DNA from: Candidatus Poribacteria bacterium
GTDB lineage: Bacteria > Poribacteria > WGA-4E > WGA-3G
Assembly (NCBI GenBank): GCA_965242965.1
Contig: OZ251518.1
Span: 1,224,691-1,288,690 of the forward strand
Length of the DNA stretch: 64,000 nucleotides
Direction: 5' to 3'
A model generated the notes under the pieces. It saw only the letters and a program-made list of their open reading frames with translations, had not been told where the DNA came from and did not search any database. Position 1 is the stretch's first letter. Every line of letters starts with the position of its first letter. Below, one piece after another: positions 34,407 to 43,026 of the stretch. Both the position numbers and the translations under genes were made by a program.

Positions 34407-36338
34407 ATGAAAACTAAACTCTCCCTGCATTTCGCAGGATTACTACTACTGCTGCTGAGCTGCACGGCACTGCTAGGACCGGCGGCTTCCGCCGAGGCAC
34501 AAGAAGTGCACGCGCTCATCATCATCCTCGGCAATGACATGAATATTCGCGCCAGTGTTGAGAAAAGCGAAAGCCATCTCAAGAAGTTGATGGGGCTCGT
34601 CTCGGAGCACTGCCCTGTCCAACTCACCGTCCTGAAATCCGAGGACGAACTCACTGGCTCTGTCACCAAAATGTCTCTCGTCGCGGGAGAAGCGCGCGGT
34701 ATTGACAAAAAAGACTCGGGACTTATCAAGGGAAAGCATATAAGTGACTGGCTCAACGGCTTGCACCCCGCCGCCGAGGATACCGTGCTCATTTACTACA
34801 ACGGCCACGGCGAACTGCGGAGTTTCGACAATGCACATGTCCTCCAGTTTACCGAGAGTGAGATGGTCCCCCGAGACTTGCTGCGCACCGAATTGGAAAA
34901 GAAACCCGGACGGTTGAAGATGCTCATTACGGATACTTGCAGTAAAAAAGCTGATAACACCGGTGAGGAAGTGGTAGCGCAACATCTAGCAAGGATACAG
35001 GGGAAGGGACAGCGGTATACCCACAATCTTTTCTTGGAACATACTGGCATCCTTGACATGACCTCGGCATCACCAGGGGAACTCGCCTGGGGAAACAACA
35101 AGGTCGGCGGGTATTTCACTGCCTCCCTTATCAAAAGTTTCCGCGGCACCTCCGACAAAAACAGTGACGAGTTCCTGGAATGGAGCGAAGTGTTTCCGGT
35201 ATGCGTTTCCGAGACAGAGAAGTTGTATGAAGATACAGAATTCACGCTGATACAGAAAAACCTGTTGAAGCACGAAGGGCAGACGACGCAGCAACCGGTA
35301 GCGCACTCACTTCCCACACGGATAGCCAGCAGCAACTCTGGACAGCCGGCAGTAGTTGAGGTGGAAACGACTGCTACCCTCAGTGTCACCAGCACGCCAA
35401 ACGGCGCAACCGTCTACGTGGACGGCACCATCATCGGCACCACGCCGCTGACATACGAAGTCGATCTCGGGTTTCAAACCGAGAAGCCTGTTGAGGTAGG
35501 CCTATCGCTGGAAGGCTATAAGCCGAAACTTGCACACGTAACGCTGAAGCGCGGGCAACGCGCGACATGGAGTAACGTGACGCTGGAGAAAAAAGCGGTC
35601 CAGTTCCCTCAGCGGATAACTGGCAACGATGGCGCAGAAATGGTGCTCATCCCCGCCGGCAAGTTTCAGATGGGCAGCAACGACGGTTATGAAGATGAAA
35701 AACCCGTGCATACCGTCTACGTGGATGCGTTCTACATGGATGTCTACGAAGTAACCGTGGGACAATATAGAAGGTTTCTGCAAGCCACCGGGCATCGCGC
35801 GTTACCGGATAGGGTTTCTGAGTATTCTCCCACCGACATGCACCCTGTCGGCGGTGTGAGTTGGCACGACGCGATGGCATATGCCACCTGGGCCGGCAAA
35901 CGGCTGCCGACGGAGGCGGAATGGGAGAAAGCGGCGCGCGGCGGGTTGCAAGGACAGAAGTATCCGTGGGGCAATGGGATTGATGCAGGTCAGGCAAATT
36001 ACGGCAGGAATCTTGGGGGCACCACGGAGGTTGGGAGTTATGGTGCGAATGGGTATGGGTTATATGATATGTCAGGGAATGTGTGGGAGTGGTGTGTTGA
36101 TGCGTATAAGGCGGATTTCTATGCGCGTTCATCGCCCCAAAATCCGCTTGCAGGGAAGATGACCTTAAGGGAAGTGAGTGCTAATTACCAAAACGTGACA
36201 GGCTCGCGCGTGTTGCGCGGCGGCAGTTGGCTCAATTTAGCGCAGTCCTTGCGCGTCGCCAATCGCGAGGGGGATACGCCTACGGACACGTTCGACGGCA
36301 TCGGTTTTCGTTGCGCGAGGGGAACCGTTACGCCTTGA
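34407..36338 (+). CDS. exported caspase-like, PEGA-like and non-catalytic FGE-fold domains (island gene 13)
   Basis: GAGGAGGAG Shine-Dalgarno. AEA|QEVHALIIILGND, LIYYNGHG, RLKMLITDTCS. LSVTSTPNGATVYVDGTIIGTTPL (PEGA). The FGE-fold domain is a mosaic of the gene 3, gene 7/12 and gene 8 versions. Confidence 0.85.
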   Translation: MKTKLSLHFAGLLLLLLSCTALLGPAASAEAQEVHALIIILGNDMNIRASVEKSESHLKKLMGLVSEHCPVQLTVLKSEDELTGSVTKMSLVAGEARGIDKKDSGLIKGKHISDWLNGLHPAAEDTVLIYYNGHGELRSFDNAHVLQFTESEMVPRDLLRTELEKKPGRLKMLITDTCSKKADNTGEEVVAQHLARIQGKGQRYTHNLFLEHTGILDMTSASPGELAWGNNKVGGYFTASLIKSFRGTSDKNSDEFLEWSEVFPVCVSETEKLYEDTEFTLIQKNLLKHEGQTTQQPVAHSLPTRIASSNSGQPAVVEVETTATLSVTSTPNGATVYVDGTIIGTTPLTYEVDLGFQTEKPVEVGLSLEGYKPKLAHVTLKRGQRATWSNVTLEKKAVQFPQRITGNDGAEMVLIPAGKFQMGSNDGYEDEKPVHTVYVDAFYMDVYEVTVGQYRRFLQATGHRALPDRVSEYSPTDMHPVGGVSWHDAMAYATWAGKRLPTEAEWEKAARGGLQGQKYPWGNGIDAGQANYGRNLGGTTEVGSYGANGYGLYDMSGNVWEWCVDAYKADFYARSSPQNPLAGKMTLREVSANYQNVTGSRVLRGGSWLNLAQSLRVANREGDTPTDTFDGIGFRCARGTVTP

Positions 36339-36429
36339 GTCTTAACACCCTTACCCCTTCTGATCGGTAAACCAATCAGACCGGTATGAAAAAGGGTAGG
36401 GACTTACATTAGCCCTAACGCCCAGGCCG

Positions 36430-36603
36430 GTGCATCTTTTGCGGACGAATCATGTGTTTACGCTGAACAATGACACAGCAGTGGAGATTCCTAGAAATCC
36501 AACGCGTTGCATTTTGCGGAATCTGTAGATCTTCAACTATCCGTTGAACGACGCGGAAGTGGAAGAAATCTATCGCGAACATCGTCAGAATCTGTTAGAA
36601 TGA
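36430..36603 (+). pseudogene. possible remnant of a LamG-type gene 3' end (in-frame TAG at 36526)
   Basis: 36529-36603 encodes IFNYPLNDAEVEEIYREHRQNLLE*. This resembles the C-terminus MFNVPLEQADIQLLMND of the LamG protein at 62527-63342. There is no start codon or Shine-Dalgarno. Confidence 0.3.
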
Positions 36604-36609
36604 AGGCGT

Positions 36610-37100
36610 GTCCTCTTTTCGTCGCGGAACGTTCGCGGGGGACAGGCCCCGCGCTACGGGCTCTAGGTGAGCGAAGGCTTCACGGGGGTCTGTCCCCCGC
36701 GCTACGGGCTCGGGGCATCCGTTTTATCGTAGGGCGAGGGGTTTGCGATCTGTAGTTCGGGATCGCCTGATCCCGAACGGACATCTGTTTCACCGAACGT
36801 TCGCGGGGGACAGGCCCCCGCGCTACGGGCTCGGGGACCGCCCGTTTCACCGTAGAGCGAGGGCCTGTCCCTCGCCGTGCCATTTGGAAAACGCAGTCCT
36901 CAGGGTCTAACAGACCTAAAGCACCGTCCTTTTCAAAAGAGATCTCGCCGCTGCGAGAGAGAGAATCCTGAAACTCTTGTGAATCCTGCAAATCCTGCTT
37001 CAGACACCTGAGAGATCGCGGGGGACAGGCCCCCGCGCTACGGGCTCGGGGCAGCCGTTTTACCGAACGTTCGCGGGGGACAGGCCCCCGCGCTACGAAC
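36610..37100. repeat. REP hairpin cluster
   Basis: Multiple cgcgggggacaggcccccgcgctacgg, gtagggcgaggg and gtagttcgggatcgcctgatcccgaac units. Track ORFs 36507-36755 and 36680-36991 are artefacts. Confidence 0.85.
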
Positions 37101-37120
37101 TCAATCAGGAGGTTTCATCT

Positions 37121-37987
37121 ATGAAATATGCTATCAAAATGTTTACACAATCAACACATCGCGCCGCATACGCAATGGCGTTAACCCTTATCCTCACTCT
37201 CTGCACGGGATGCGTTAGCGTCAGCACCGTCAGCAACGTAGGCAATACGCTCCTTGACGAAATCGGCGATGTCAACATCTTCACCGATGCAGAAGAACAG
37301 CAATTCGGTAAGGAATTTGTCGCACAACATGACAAGCAGGTCACGTTTCACACCGACCCGAGTGTCACCAACTATATCAATGACCTCGGGCAAACGCTGG
37401 TCCGCCACAGCAAGCGCAATGATATCCCTTATACATTCAAGGTGGTTGAAACGAAAGGAGTCAACGCGTATGCTGTCCCCGGCGGCTATATTTACGTGCA
37501 TCTCGATCTCATCAGGATGGCGAAGACAGAATCGGAATTGGCGGCGGTGCTCGGACACGAAATCGGACATATCGTCGGCAGGCACTCGATGAAGCGGCTT
37601 ACCAAAGCATACGGCATCGAAATCCTAAAACAACTGCTTGTCAAGGAGGACTCCGGCGAGTTTAAAAAACTGGTTGCGGATGTGCTATCGGCGGGGTTGC
37701 TCTTTAAATATAGCCGCGACGATGAACGCGAGTCGGATATGTATGGCGTGCAGAACGTCTACGATGCGGGGATATCGCCGGCGGGTGCAGGGACGTTCTT
37801 TGATACGCTCCGGGAATTGCAGGGACGTGAACCATCGTCGTTGGAGTTGATGTTGTCGACGCATCCGGCGAGTAGTGAACGCGCGCGGAATGTGCGCGCG
37901 CAAATCAGCGGTTTGCCGCCGAAGTCGGGGTTACGGGAGGATTCGTCGCGTTTCCAGCAGGTAAAGCGGCGGGTATCTGGCCGTTAA
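37121..37987 (+). CDS. M48-family zinc metalloprotease, lipoprotein
   Basis: Lipobox LTLCTGC. HEIGHIVGRHS (HExxH). The NAYAVPGGYIYVH context is typical of M48. Confidence 0.85.
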   Translation: MKYAIKMFTQSTHRAAYAMALTLILTLCTGCVSVSTVSNVGNTLLDEIGDVNIFTDAEEQQFGKEFVAQHDKQVTFHTDPSVTNYINDLGQTLVRHSKRNDIPYTFKVVETKGVNAYAVPGGYIYVHLDLIRMAKTESELAAVLGHEIGHIVGRHSMKRLTKAYGIEILKQLLVKEDSGEFKKLVADVLSAGLLFKYSRDDERESDMYGVQNVYDAGISPAGAGTFFDTLRELQGREPSSLELMLSTHPASSERARNVRAQISGLPPKSGLREDSSRFQQVKRRVSGR

Positions 37988-37989
37988 TT

Positions 37990-38335
37990 GTAGGGCGCGG
38001 GGGCTGTCGCGCTGCGACTAGATCGCGGGGGACAGGCCCCCGCGCTACGGTAAAAAAAATGCCTCCCTTCACCGTAGGGCGAGGGCCTGTCCCTCGCCGT
38101 GCCTCGGTCAGGGAAACGGCGTTGTTGGCGTGCGGTTTTCGCGCGGGTCGAGCGATCGCGGGGGACAGGCCCCCGCGCTACGGGGAAAAAAACGCCTCCC
38201 TTCACCGTAGGGCGAGGGCCTGTCCCTCGCCATGCCTCGGTCGGGGAAACGGCTTTGGGCGGCGTGCGGTTTTCGCGCGGGTTGAGCGATCGCGGGGGAC
38301 AGGCCCCCGCGCTACGGGCGCGTCCCTCTTTCCCG
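37990..38335. repeat. tandem array (period about 133 bp) of a composite GTAG-hairpin...hairpin-CTAC doublet
   Basis: gatcgcgggggacaggcccccgcgctacgg at 38021, 38154 and 38288. Each interval contains caccgtagggcgagggcctgtccctcgcc plus the same ~60-nt linker. Confidence 0.9.
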
Positions 38336-38395
38336 TTGCAAGAAACATGACATTATGATACACTACAGAAAAACCATGAACGAAGAGGACTCCCG

Positions 38396-39406
38396 ATGAA
38401 AGGCAAACGCATCATAATGCCAGCGAAACGTGCCGTGACGCTGGAAGAGTTTGAACTTGACGAAACCCTCGCACCCGACCAGATTCTGCTGAAAACGCAC
38501 TATAGCCTCATCAGCCCCGGCACCGAAGGCGCAGGGTATACCGGGCTGGAAAGCGGCACGCGCTTCCCGCACGGCTCAGGCTATACCGCTATCGGCGAGG
38601 TGCTTGCCGTTGGTGAGAACGTGACGAAGTGTAGCGTCGGCGATTTGGTTTTTTGTTATACACCGCACGCCTCCGTTGCAAAAACCGACCGGATTTTTCT
38701 GGCGTTCACACCGCCACTCACGCTAGATGCAAAACTGATTCCGTTCGTGCGAATGGCAACAGTCGCGATGACTTCGCTTCGCGTCTCATCCGCCGAGTTT
38801 GGCGATACCGTCGTTATCATCGGCTTAGGGCTCGTCGGGAATTCGGCGGCGCAACTTTTCAATCTCGCCGGCATGAAAGTCATCGGCGTTGAGCGGATAC
38901 CGGCGCGCTTGGAAATCGCCCGACGGTGCGGCATCCCACACCTCGTTAATCCCGATGAGGAAGACGTGCTGGAACGCGTCCTCGCATTAACCGATGGCGA
39001 AAAAGCGGAGGTTACCGTTGAGGCAATCGGCAACCCGCGGCTCGTTGAAACGGCGTATCAGCTGACGCGCGCCAAGGGTGAGGTTATCCTCCTCGGTTCG
39101 CCGCGCGGCGAATTTATCACGAATGCGACAGCGATTCTGAACTATAGCCATAGCATCGGCTTGGGCGCGATTACCCTCCGCAGCGCGCACGAATGGATTT
39201 ATCCGGTGATGCATTCTGGCGAATCCAAGCATTCGCTGGAACGGAACTCGCGCTTGGTTTATTCGCTCATTGAGGATGGCAAATTCAAGGTGTCTGAATT
39301 GCTCACGCACATAATTCATCCCGAAGATGCGCAAGCCGCTTACGATGGCTTGTCAGACCGGAAGGATGAATATCTGGGCGTGGTGATGGATTGGACGCGC
39401 GGATAA
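38396..39406 (+). CDS. medium-chain (zinc-type) alcohol dehydrogenase family oxidoreductase
   Basis: 336 aa with an LISPGTEGAG N-domain and a Rossmann motif VVIIGLGLVGNSAAQL. Confidence 0.7.
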   Translation: MKGKRIIMPAKRAVTLEEFELDETLAPDQILLKTHYSLISPGTEGAGYTGLESGTRFPHGSGYTAIGEVLAVGENVTKCSVGDLVFCYTPHASVAKTDRIFLAFTPPLTLDAKLIPFVRMATVAMTSLRVSSAEFGDTVVIIGLGLVGNSAAQLFNLAGMKVIGVERIPARLEIARRCGIPHLVNPDEEDVLERVLALTDGEKAEVTVEAIGNPRLVETAYQLTRAKGEVILLGSPRGEFITNATAILNYSHSIGLGAITLRSAHEWIYPVMHSGESKHSLERNSRLVYSLIEDGKFKVSELLTHIIHPEDAQAAYDGLSDRKDEYLGVVMDWTRG

Positions 39407-39412
39407 CGTGAA

Positions 39413-40693
39413 TCATGACACTGCCAGCACCGCATCAATCTGCCCCATTACTTTACGCAACGCCGCCACATAGAGGCGCATCAACTCCAAGTCATTCGGG
39501 GGATTGACATCGAAGAGATAGCAGTGTGAATTGATGAACGCAACGGCTTTGGGGTAATCCTCCGTTCGGTATTCCACAGTGGAGTTGTTGCAGTGCCATG
39601 GGCATCCCTTGCCGTAGCCGAGGCGGTTCTGGAAAATCTCCTGTGATGGCACCGGCAATCGTTGCCACTGCCCTGTGGGGACACCCTCCGCGCGCAAGGC
39701 CGCTTGCACCTTCTCGCGCAAAGTCCGCGCGGAAATGTCTAACCCTAACGCCCCCGGGTCAAAACCGATGACGTAGTTGTAGTAGACAGGCTCGCAACCC
39801 GCAGGAACAACCGGCGTTTCAATCCCGTCAATCTCGTTCAGATGCTCCGTCAGATAGTCGCAATTTCTGATGCGCAGCGCGTTATTCTCATCCAGTCGTT
39901 TGAGTTGGCTGCGGATGAACGCCTGACTGAACATATCGCCGCGATACATCCAGCCGAGTCCATAGGCGTTGTATTCTTGCTCCTCACGTTCGCGCCCTGG
40001 CACGACTATCTCGCCGAAATACTGCAACAACGCCGCGCGCCGGTAAATCTGCTCATCATCGGTGGTGAACAAGCCGCCTTGGCAACCGCTACTCAACGTT
40101 TTCGATGCCTGCGTGCTGTAGCCGGCCGCTTCGCCGAACGCGCCGCAATAGCGTCCTTTATACCGCGCGCCGTGTGCCTGCGCGACATCCTCAATTACCT
40201 TCAGATTGTGCTTTTTGGCAATCGCCAAGATTGCATCCATATCGGCAGGCATGCCGTGAATGTGGACAGGCAGAATTGCCCGCGTTCGTTCCGTGATTTT
40301 CGCTTCAATCTGGCCCGGGTCGATGCAATAAGTCACCGCATCGATATCAACGAAAACCGGGATAGCGTTGTGATGCAGCACCGCTGCCGCCGTTGCCCAA
40401 AAAGTGAAGGCAGGCATAATCACCTCGTCCCCCGGTTCAATGCCAACTCCAGCGACGCAAAGATGCAACGCGGCGGTGCCACTGTTAACCGGAATGCAAT
40501 ACCGAACGCCCATGTATTCCGCCCACTCCTGCGCGAGCCCTTCGGATTGGATGCGTTGCTGTTCGGTAATCTTTTCGGAGGCAAGCACCTCGGCGATGGC
40601 GGCTCTATCGGCATCGGTTACCTGCGGCCACGGTTGAATGAGCCCATCAGGAACCGTCCGCGGTCCGCCGTGGATAGCGAGTTTGGTTTGCAT
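39413..40693 (-). CDS. DegT/DnrJ/EryC1/StrS-family PLP-dependent aminotransferase
   Basis: 426 aa. EWAEYMGVRYCIPVNSGTAALHL and GDEVIMPAFTFWATAAAV match the family pattern. The antisense 329-aa track ORF is rejected. Confidence 0.8.
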   Translation of the reverse strand: MQTKLAIHGGPRTVPDGLIQPWPQVTDADRAAIAEVLASEKITEQQRIQSEGLAQEWAEYMGVRYCIPVNSGTAALHLCVAGVGIEPGDEVIMPAFTFWATAAAVLHHNAIPVFVDIDAVTYCIDPGQIEAKITERTRAILPVHIHGMPADMDAILAIAKKHNLKVIEDVAQAHGARYKGRYCGAFGEAAGYSTQASKTLSSGCQGGLFTTDDEQIYRRAALLQYFGEIVVPGREREEQEYNAYGLGWMYRGDMFSQAFIRSQLKRLDENNALRIRNCDYLTEHLNEIDGIETPVVPAGCEPVYYNYVIGFDPGALGLDISARTLREKVQAALRAEGVPTGQWQRLPVPSQEIFQNRLGYGKGCPWHCNNSTVEYRTEDYPKAVAFINSHCYLFDVNPPNDLELMRLYVAALRKVMGQIDAVLAVS

Positions 40694-40719
40694 GGGGGTT
40701 TCCTCTTGATTTCATCTTA

Positions 40720-41480
40720 TCCCAAATTAAGTGAGGGTGTTTCATATCTCAATGTCTTCCCGGTAGGAGAGACCTCCTGGTCTCGATGGCCGCCGGGTAG
40801 GAGAGACCTCCTGGTCTCGATTTCCGCGTAGCGCGGGGGCCTGTCCCCCGCGAACGTTGGAGTGCGCGAGCACTGGCGAGGGACAGGCCCTCGCCCTACG
40901 GTGACGTGCCGTTTTTTTCGTAGCGCGGGGGCCTGTCCCCCGCGAGCGTTGGAGTGCGCGGGCGATGGCGAGGGACAGGCCCTCGCCCTACGTGAAGAGG
41001 CGGCGTTTTTTTCCCGTAGCGCGGGGGCCTGTCCCCCGCGATCTCCATCGTCACGATGTGTGTTTTCCCCTCTGTAGTTCGGGAGCACCCGCTCCCGAAC
41101 GGGTCAGGATCAGGCGATCCTGACCTACAGAGATGAGGAGGTTTAACAGCCAAACGCATGGCGAGGGACAGGCCCTCGCCCTACGGTGACGTGCCGTTTT
41201 TTTCGTAGCGCGGGGGCCTGTCCCCCGCGATTTCCATCGTCACGATGTGTTTTCCCTCGTTGTAGTTTGTGCTCGCCTGATCACAAACAGGTCAGATCGA
41301 GCGATGGCGAGGGACAGGCCCTCGCCCTACGGTGACGTGCCGTTTTTTTCGTAGCGCGGGGGCCTGTCCCCCGCGAGCTCCAGCGTCACGATGTGTGTTT
41401 TCCTCTCTGTAGTTTGTGATCGCCTGATCACAAACGGTCAGGATCGGGCGATCCTGACCTACAGGGGTGAGGTGGAGTGG
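40720..41480. repeat. large REP/MITE-derived block (left TIR gagggtgtttcata present, no right TIR found)
   Basis: GTAG hairpins of all families. The module gggtcaggatcaggcgatcctgacctacag...aaacgcatggcgaggg is shared with the MITE copies. Confidence 0.85.
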
Positions 41481-41481
41481 T

Positions 41482-43026
41482 TTATTCAAGAAACTCAATT
41501 GCCCTCTGAATTCGCGCCAACACCTCAACCCTACCCAGCAAGACGAGAATGTCAAATAGACTTGGCCCGAAGGAGGTGCCAGTCAGCGCGATGCGCAATG
41601 TCTGCATCGCCACGACGCGCTTGATGTCGCGCTCCTCCGTGTATTGCCAAATCGCCGATTCGACTGTCTCTAACTCAAACGGCTCTACCGCTTCCAAGAC
41701 CGCCCCAAGGGCTATCAAGATGTCGCGCGCGTCTTTCTTCCACCACTTCTTGACTGCTTTCGGTTCGTATTCAGTCGGAGAGGCGAAGAAATAGCAGGTT
41801 TGCGGGACGATGTCCTGTAATTTGCTTAAACGTTCACCCACTGCGGTGACAATCCTCTCCAACCGTTCGCGCGGTTCTGCCGCTACGTCAACTCCTTCCT
41901 CCTCCCAGAACGGAATGACGGCATCGGTGCGCGCCGCCACATCTAACTCGCCGATGTAGTGCGTGTTGAGCCACTCCAGTTTCTTAATGTCAAAAACGCT
42001 GCCGCTCTTACCGACTCTCCCCAGGTCAAACTTCTCAATGAGTTCCTCGACTGAGAAAATCTCCTGCTTATCATCGTAGGACCAGCCGAGGCGCGCGACG
42101 AAGTTCAGCATCGCCGCAGGAAGATATCCCTCCTCGCGATAGCGGCTGACAGCAACTAGCTCTCCGTGGTGCCGTTTGCTCAGTTTCCTACCGGTATTGT
42201 CTAAAACCAGCGGGATATGCGCGAATTGCGGGACATTTAAACCGAGCGCGTGCGCAATGGCAATCTGCTTCGGCGTGTTGTTGAGATGCTCTGTCCCACG
42301 AATCACATGCGTTATCTGCATCGCCGCATCGTCAATAATTGACGTGAGATTGTAACTCGGCATGCCGTTTGAACGGACGATAACCTCGTCTTCCAACGTG
42401 CCCGGGTCAATGTCTCGCGTGCCGAGCACGATGTCGGCGACGCAGATTGCGGTGTCCGGCATTTTGATGCGCACCGTCGGTTTTCTACCTTCTGCGGCGA
42501 AGCGTTCCTTGTCTGCCTGGGTGAGATAGCGGCACCTGCTGTCGTAGGCGCGGTTCTGCTTCGCTGCACGGGATTGCGCGCGTATCGCATCCAACTCTGC
42601 CGGTGTGCAGTAGCAGTGGTAAGCGTTGCCGCTGTCTAGCAACTGCTGAACGTGCCGTTCGTAAATATCTCGCCGTTCGGATTGGACGTAAGGCGCGTGT
42701 GGTCCACCCTTCTCGCCGCCTTCGTCCCAGTTGAGGCCTAACCACCGCAGCGAGTCGTAAATCCCGCGCATTGATTCATCGGTGGAACGGGCGGCATCGG
42801 TGTCGTCAATGCGAAGAATGAATGTCCCGTTGTGATGCCGGGCAAACAGCCAGTTGAATAACGCGGTGCGCGCGCTGCCAATGTGTAAGAATCCGGTCGG
42901 CGAAGGAGCCATCCGGACTCTGATCTGGTGTTGGGCCCGGGGGGTTTCTCCTACTGAATTGCATCGAGACCGGGAGGTCTCTCCTACTGTCTTTTGAGAC
43001 TGGGAGGTTTCTCCTAGTGAGTTCAT
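41482..43026 (-). CDS. gltX: glutamate--tRNA ligase, with a 38-aa N-terminal extension encoded by three REP units
   Basis: [29 protein letters not shown] (HIGH) and KLSKR (KMSKS). The only canonical start upstream of the conserved IRVR strand is the ATG at 43026, which overlaps the glnS stop as ATGA. The internal Met at 42912 would truncate the fold. Confidence 0.8.
   Translation of the reverse strand: MNSLGETSQSQKTVGETSRSRCNSVGETPRAQHQIRVRMAPSPTGFLHIGSARTALFNWLFARHHNGTFILRIDDTDAARSTDESMRGIYDSLRWLGLNWDEGGEKGGPHAPYVQSERRDIYERHVQQLLDSGNAYHCYCTPAELDAIRAQSRAAKQNRAYDSRCRYLTQADKERFAAEGRKPTVRIKMPDTAICVADIVLGTRDIDPGTLEDEVIVRSNGMPSYNLTSIIDDAAMQITHVIRGTEHLNNTPKQIAIAHALGLNVPQFAHIPLVLDNTGRKLSKRHHGELVAVSRYREEGYLPAAMLNFVARLGWSYDDKQEIFSVEELIEKFDLGRVGKSGSVFDIKKLEWLNTHYIGELDVAARTDAVIPFWEEEGVDVAAEPRERLERIVTAVGERLSKLQDIVPQTCYFFASPTEYEPKAVKKWWKKDARDILIALGAVLEAVEPFELETVESAIWQYTEERDIKRVVAMQTLRIALTGTSFGPSLFDILVLLGRVEVLARIQRAIEFLE

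Noticed and set aside
18078-36338. Interpreting the FGE/SUMF1-fold domains as genuine sulfatase-maturating enzymes serving the sulfatase at 51956.
   Set aside because: None of the six copies has the cysteine pair after RGGS. All are predicted to be exported and are fused to protease-like or Ig-like modules, whereas the sulfatase has no signal peptide.
16837-36338. The island as a recently acquired genomic island or prophage.
   Set aside because: No integrase, transposase, tRNA target or flanking direct repeats. By eye, base composition and Shine-Dalgarno/promoter usage match the flanks, and the same MITE/REP families have colonised its intergenic gaps. In-situ paralog expansion fits better.
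37990-38335. Regularly spaced GC-rich repeats that look superficially like a CRISPR array. The same applies at 6080-6720 and 8330-8600.
   Set aside because: The intervals between repeats are themselves repeated sequence (the same linker and a second hairpin) rather than unique spacers. The period is about 133 bp. The units occur in both orientations all over the window, and no cas genes are present. These are REP/REPIN arrays.
39842-40831. A 329-aa plus-strand ORF antisense to the DegT-family gene. Similar long antisense ORFs lie at 28756-29502, 9856-10422, 34796-35395 and 62572-63240.
   Set aside because: In each case the opposite strand carries a gene with clear family motifs and translation signals. 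The antisense products have no recognisable features.
42912-42912. Using the internal Met (MAPSPTG) as the gltX start, so that the REP units stay intergenic.
   Set aside because: It would remove the conserved strand preceding the APSPTG motif (IRVR here). The ATGA overlap with glnS offers a canonical coupled start. This is retained as an open question rather than settled.
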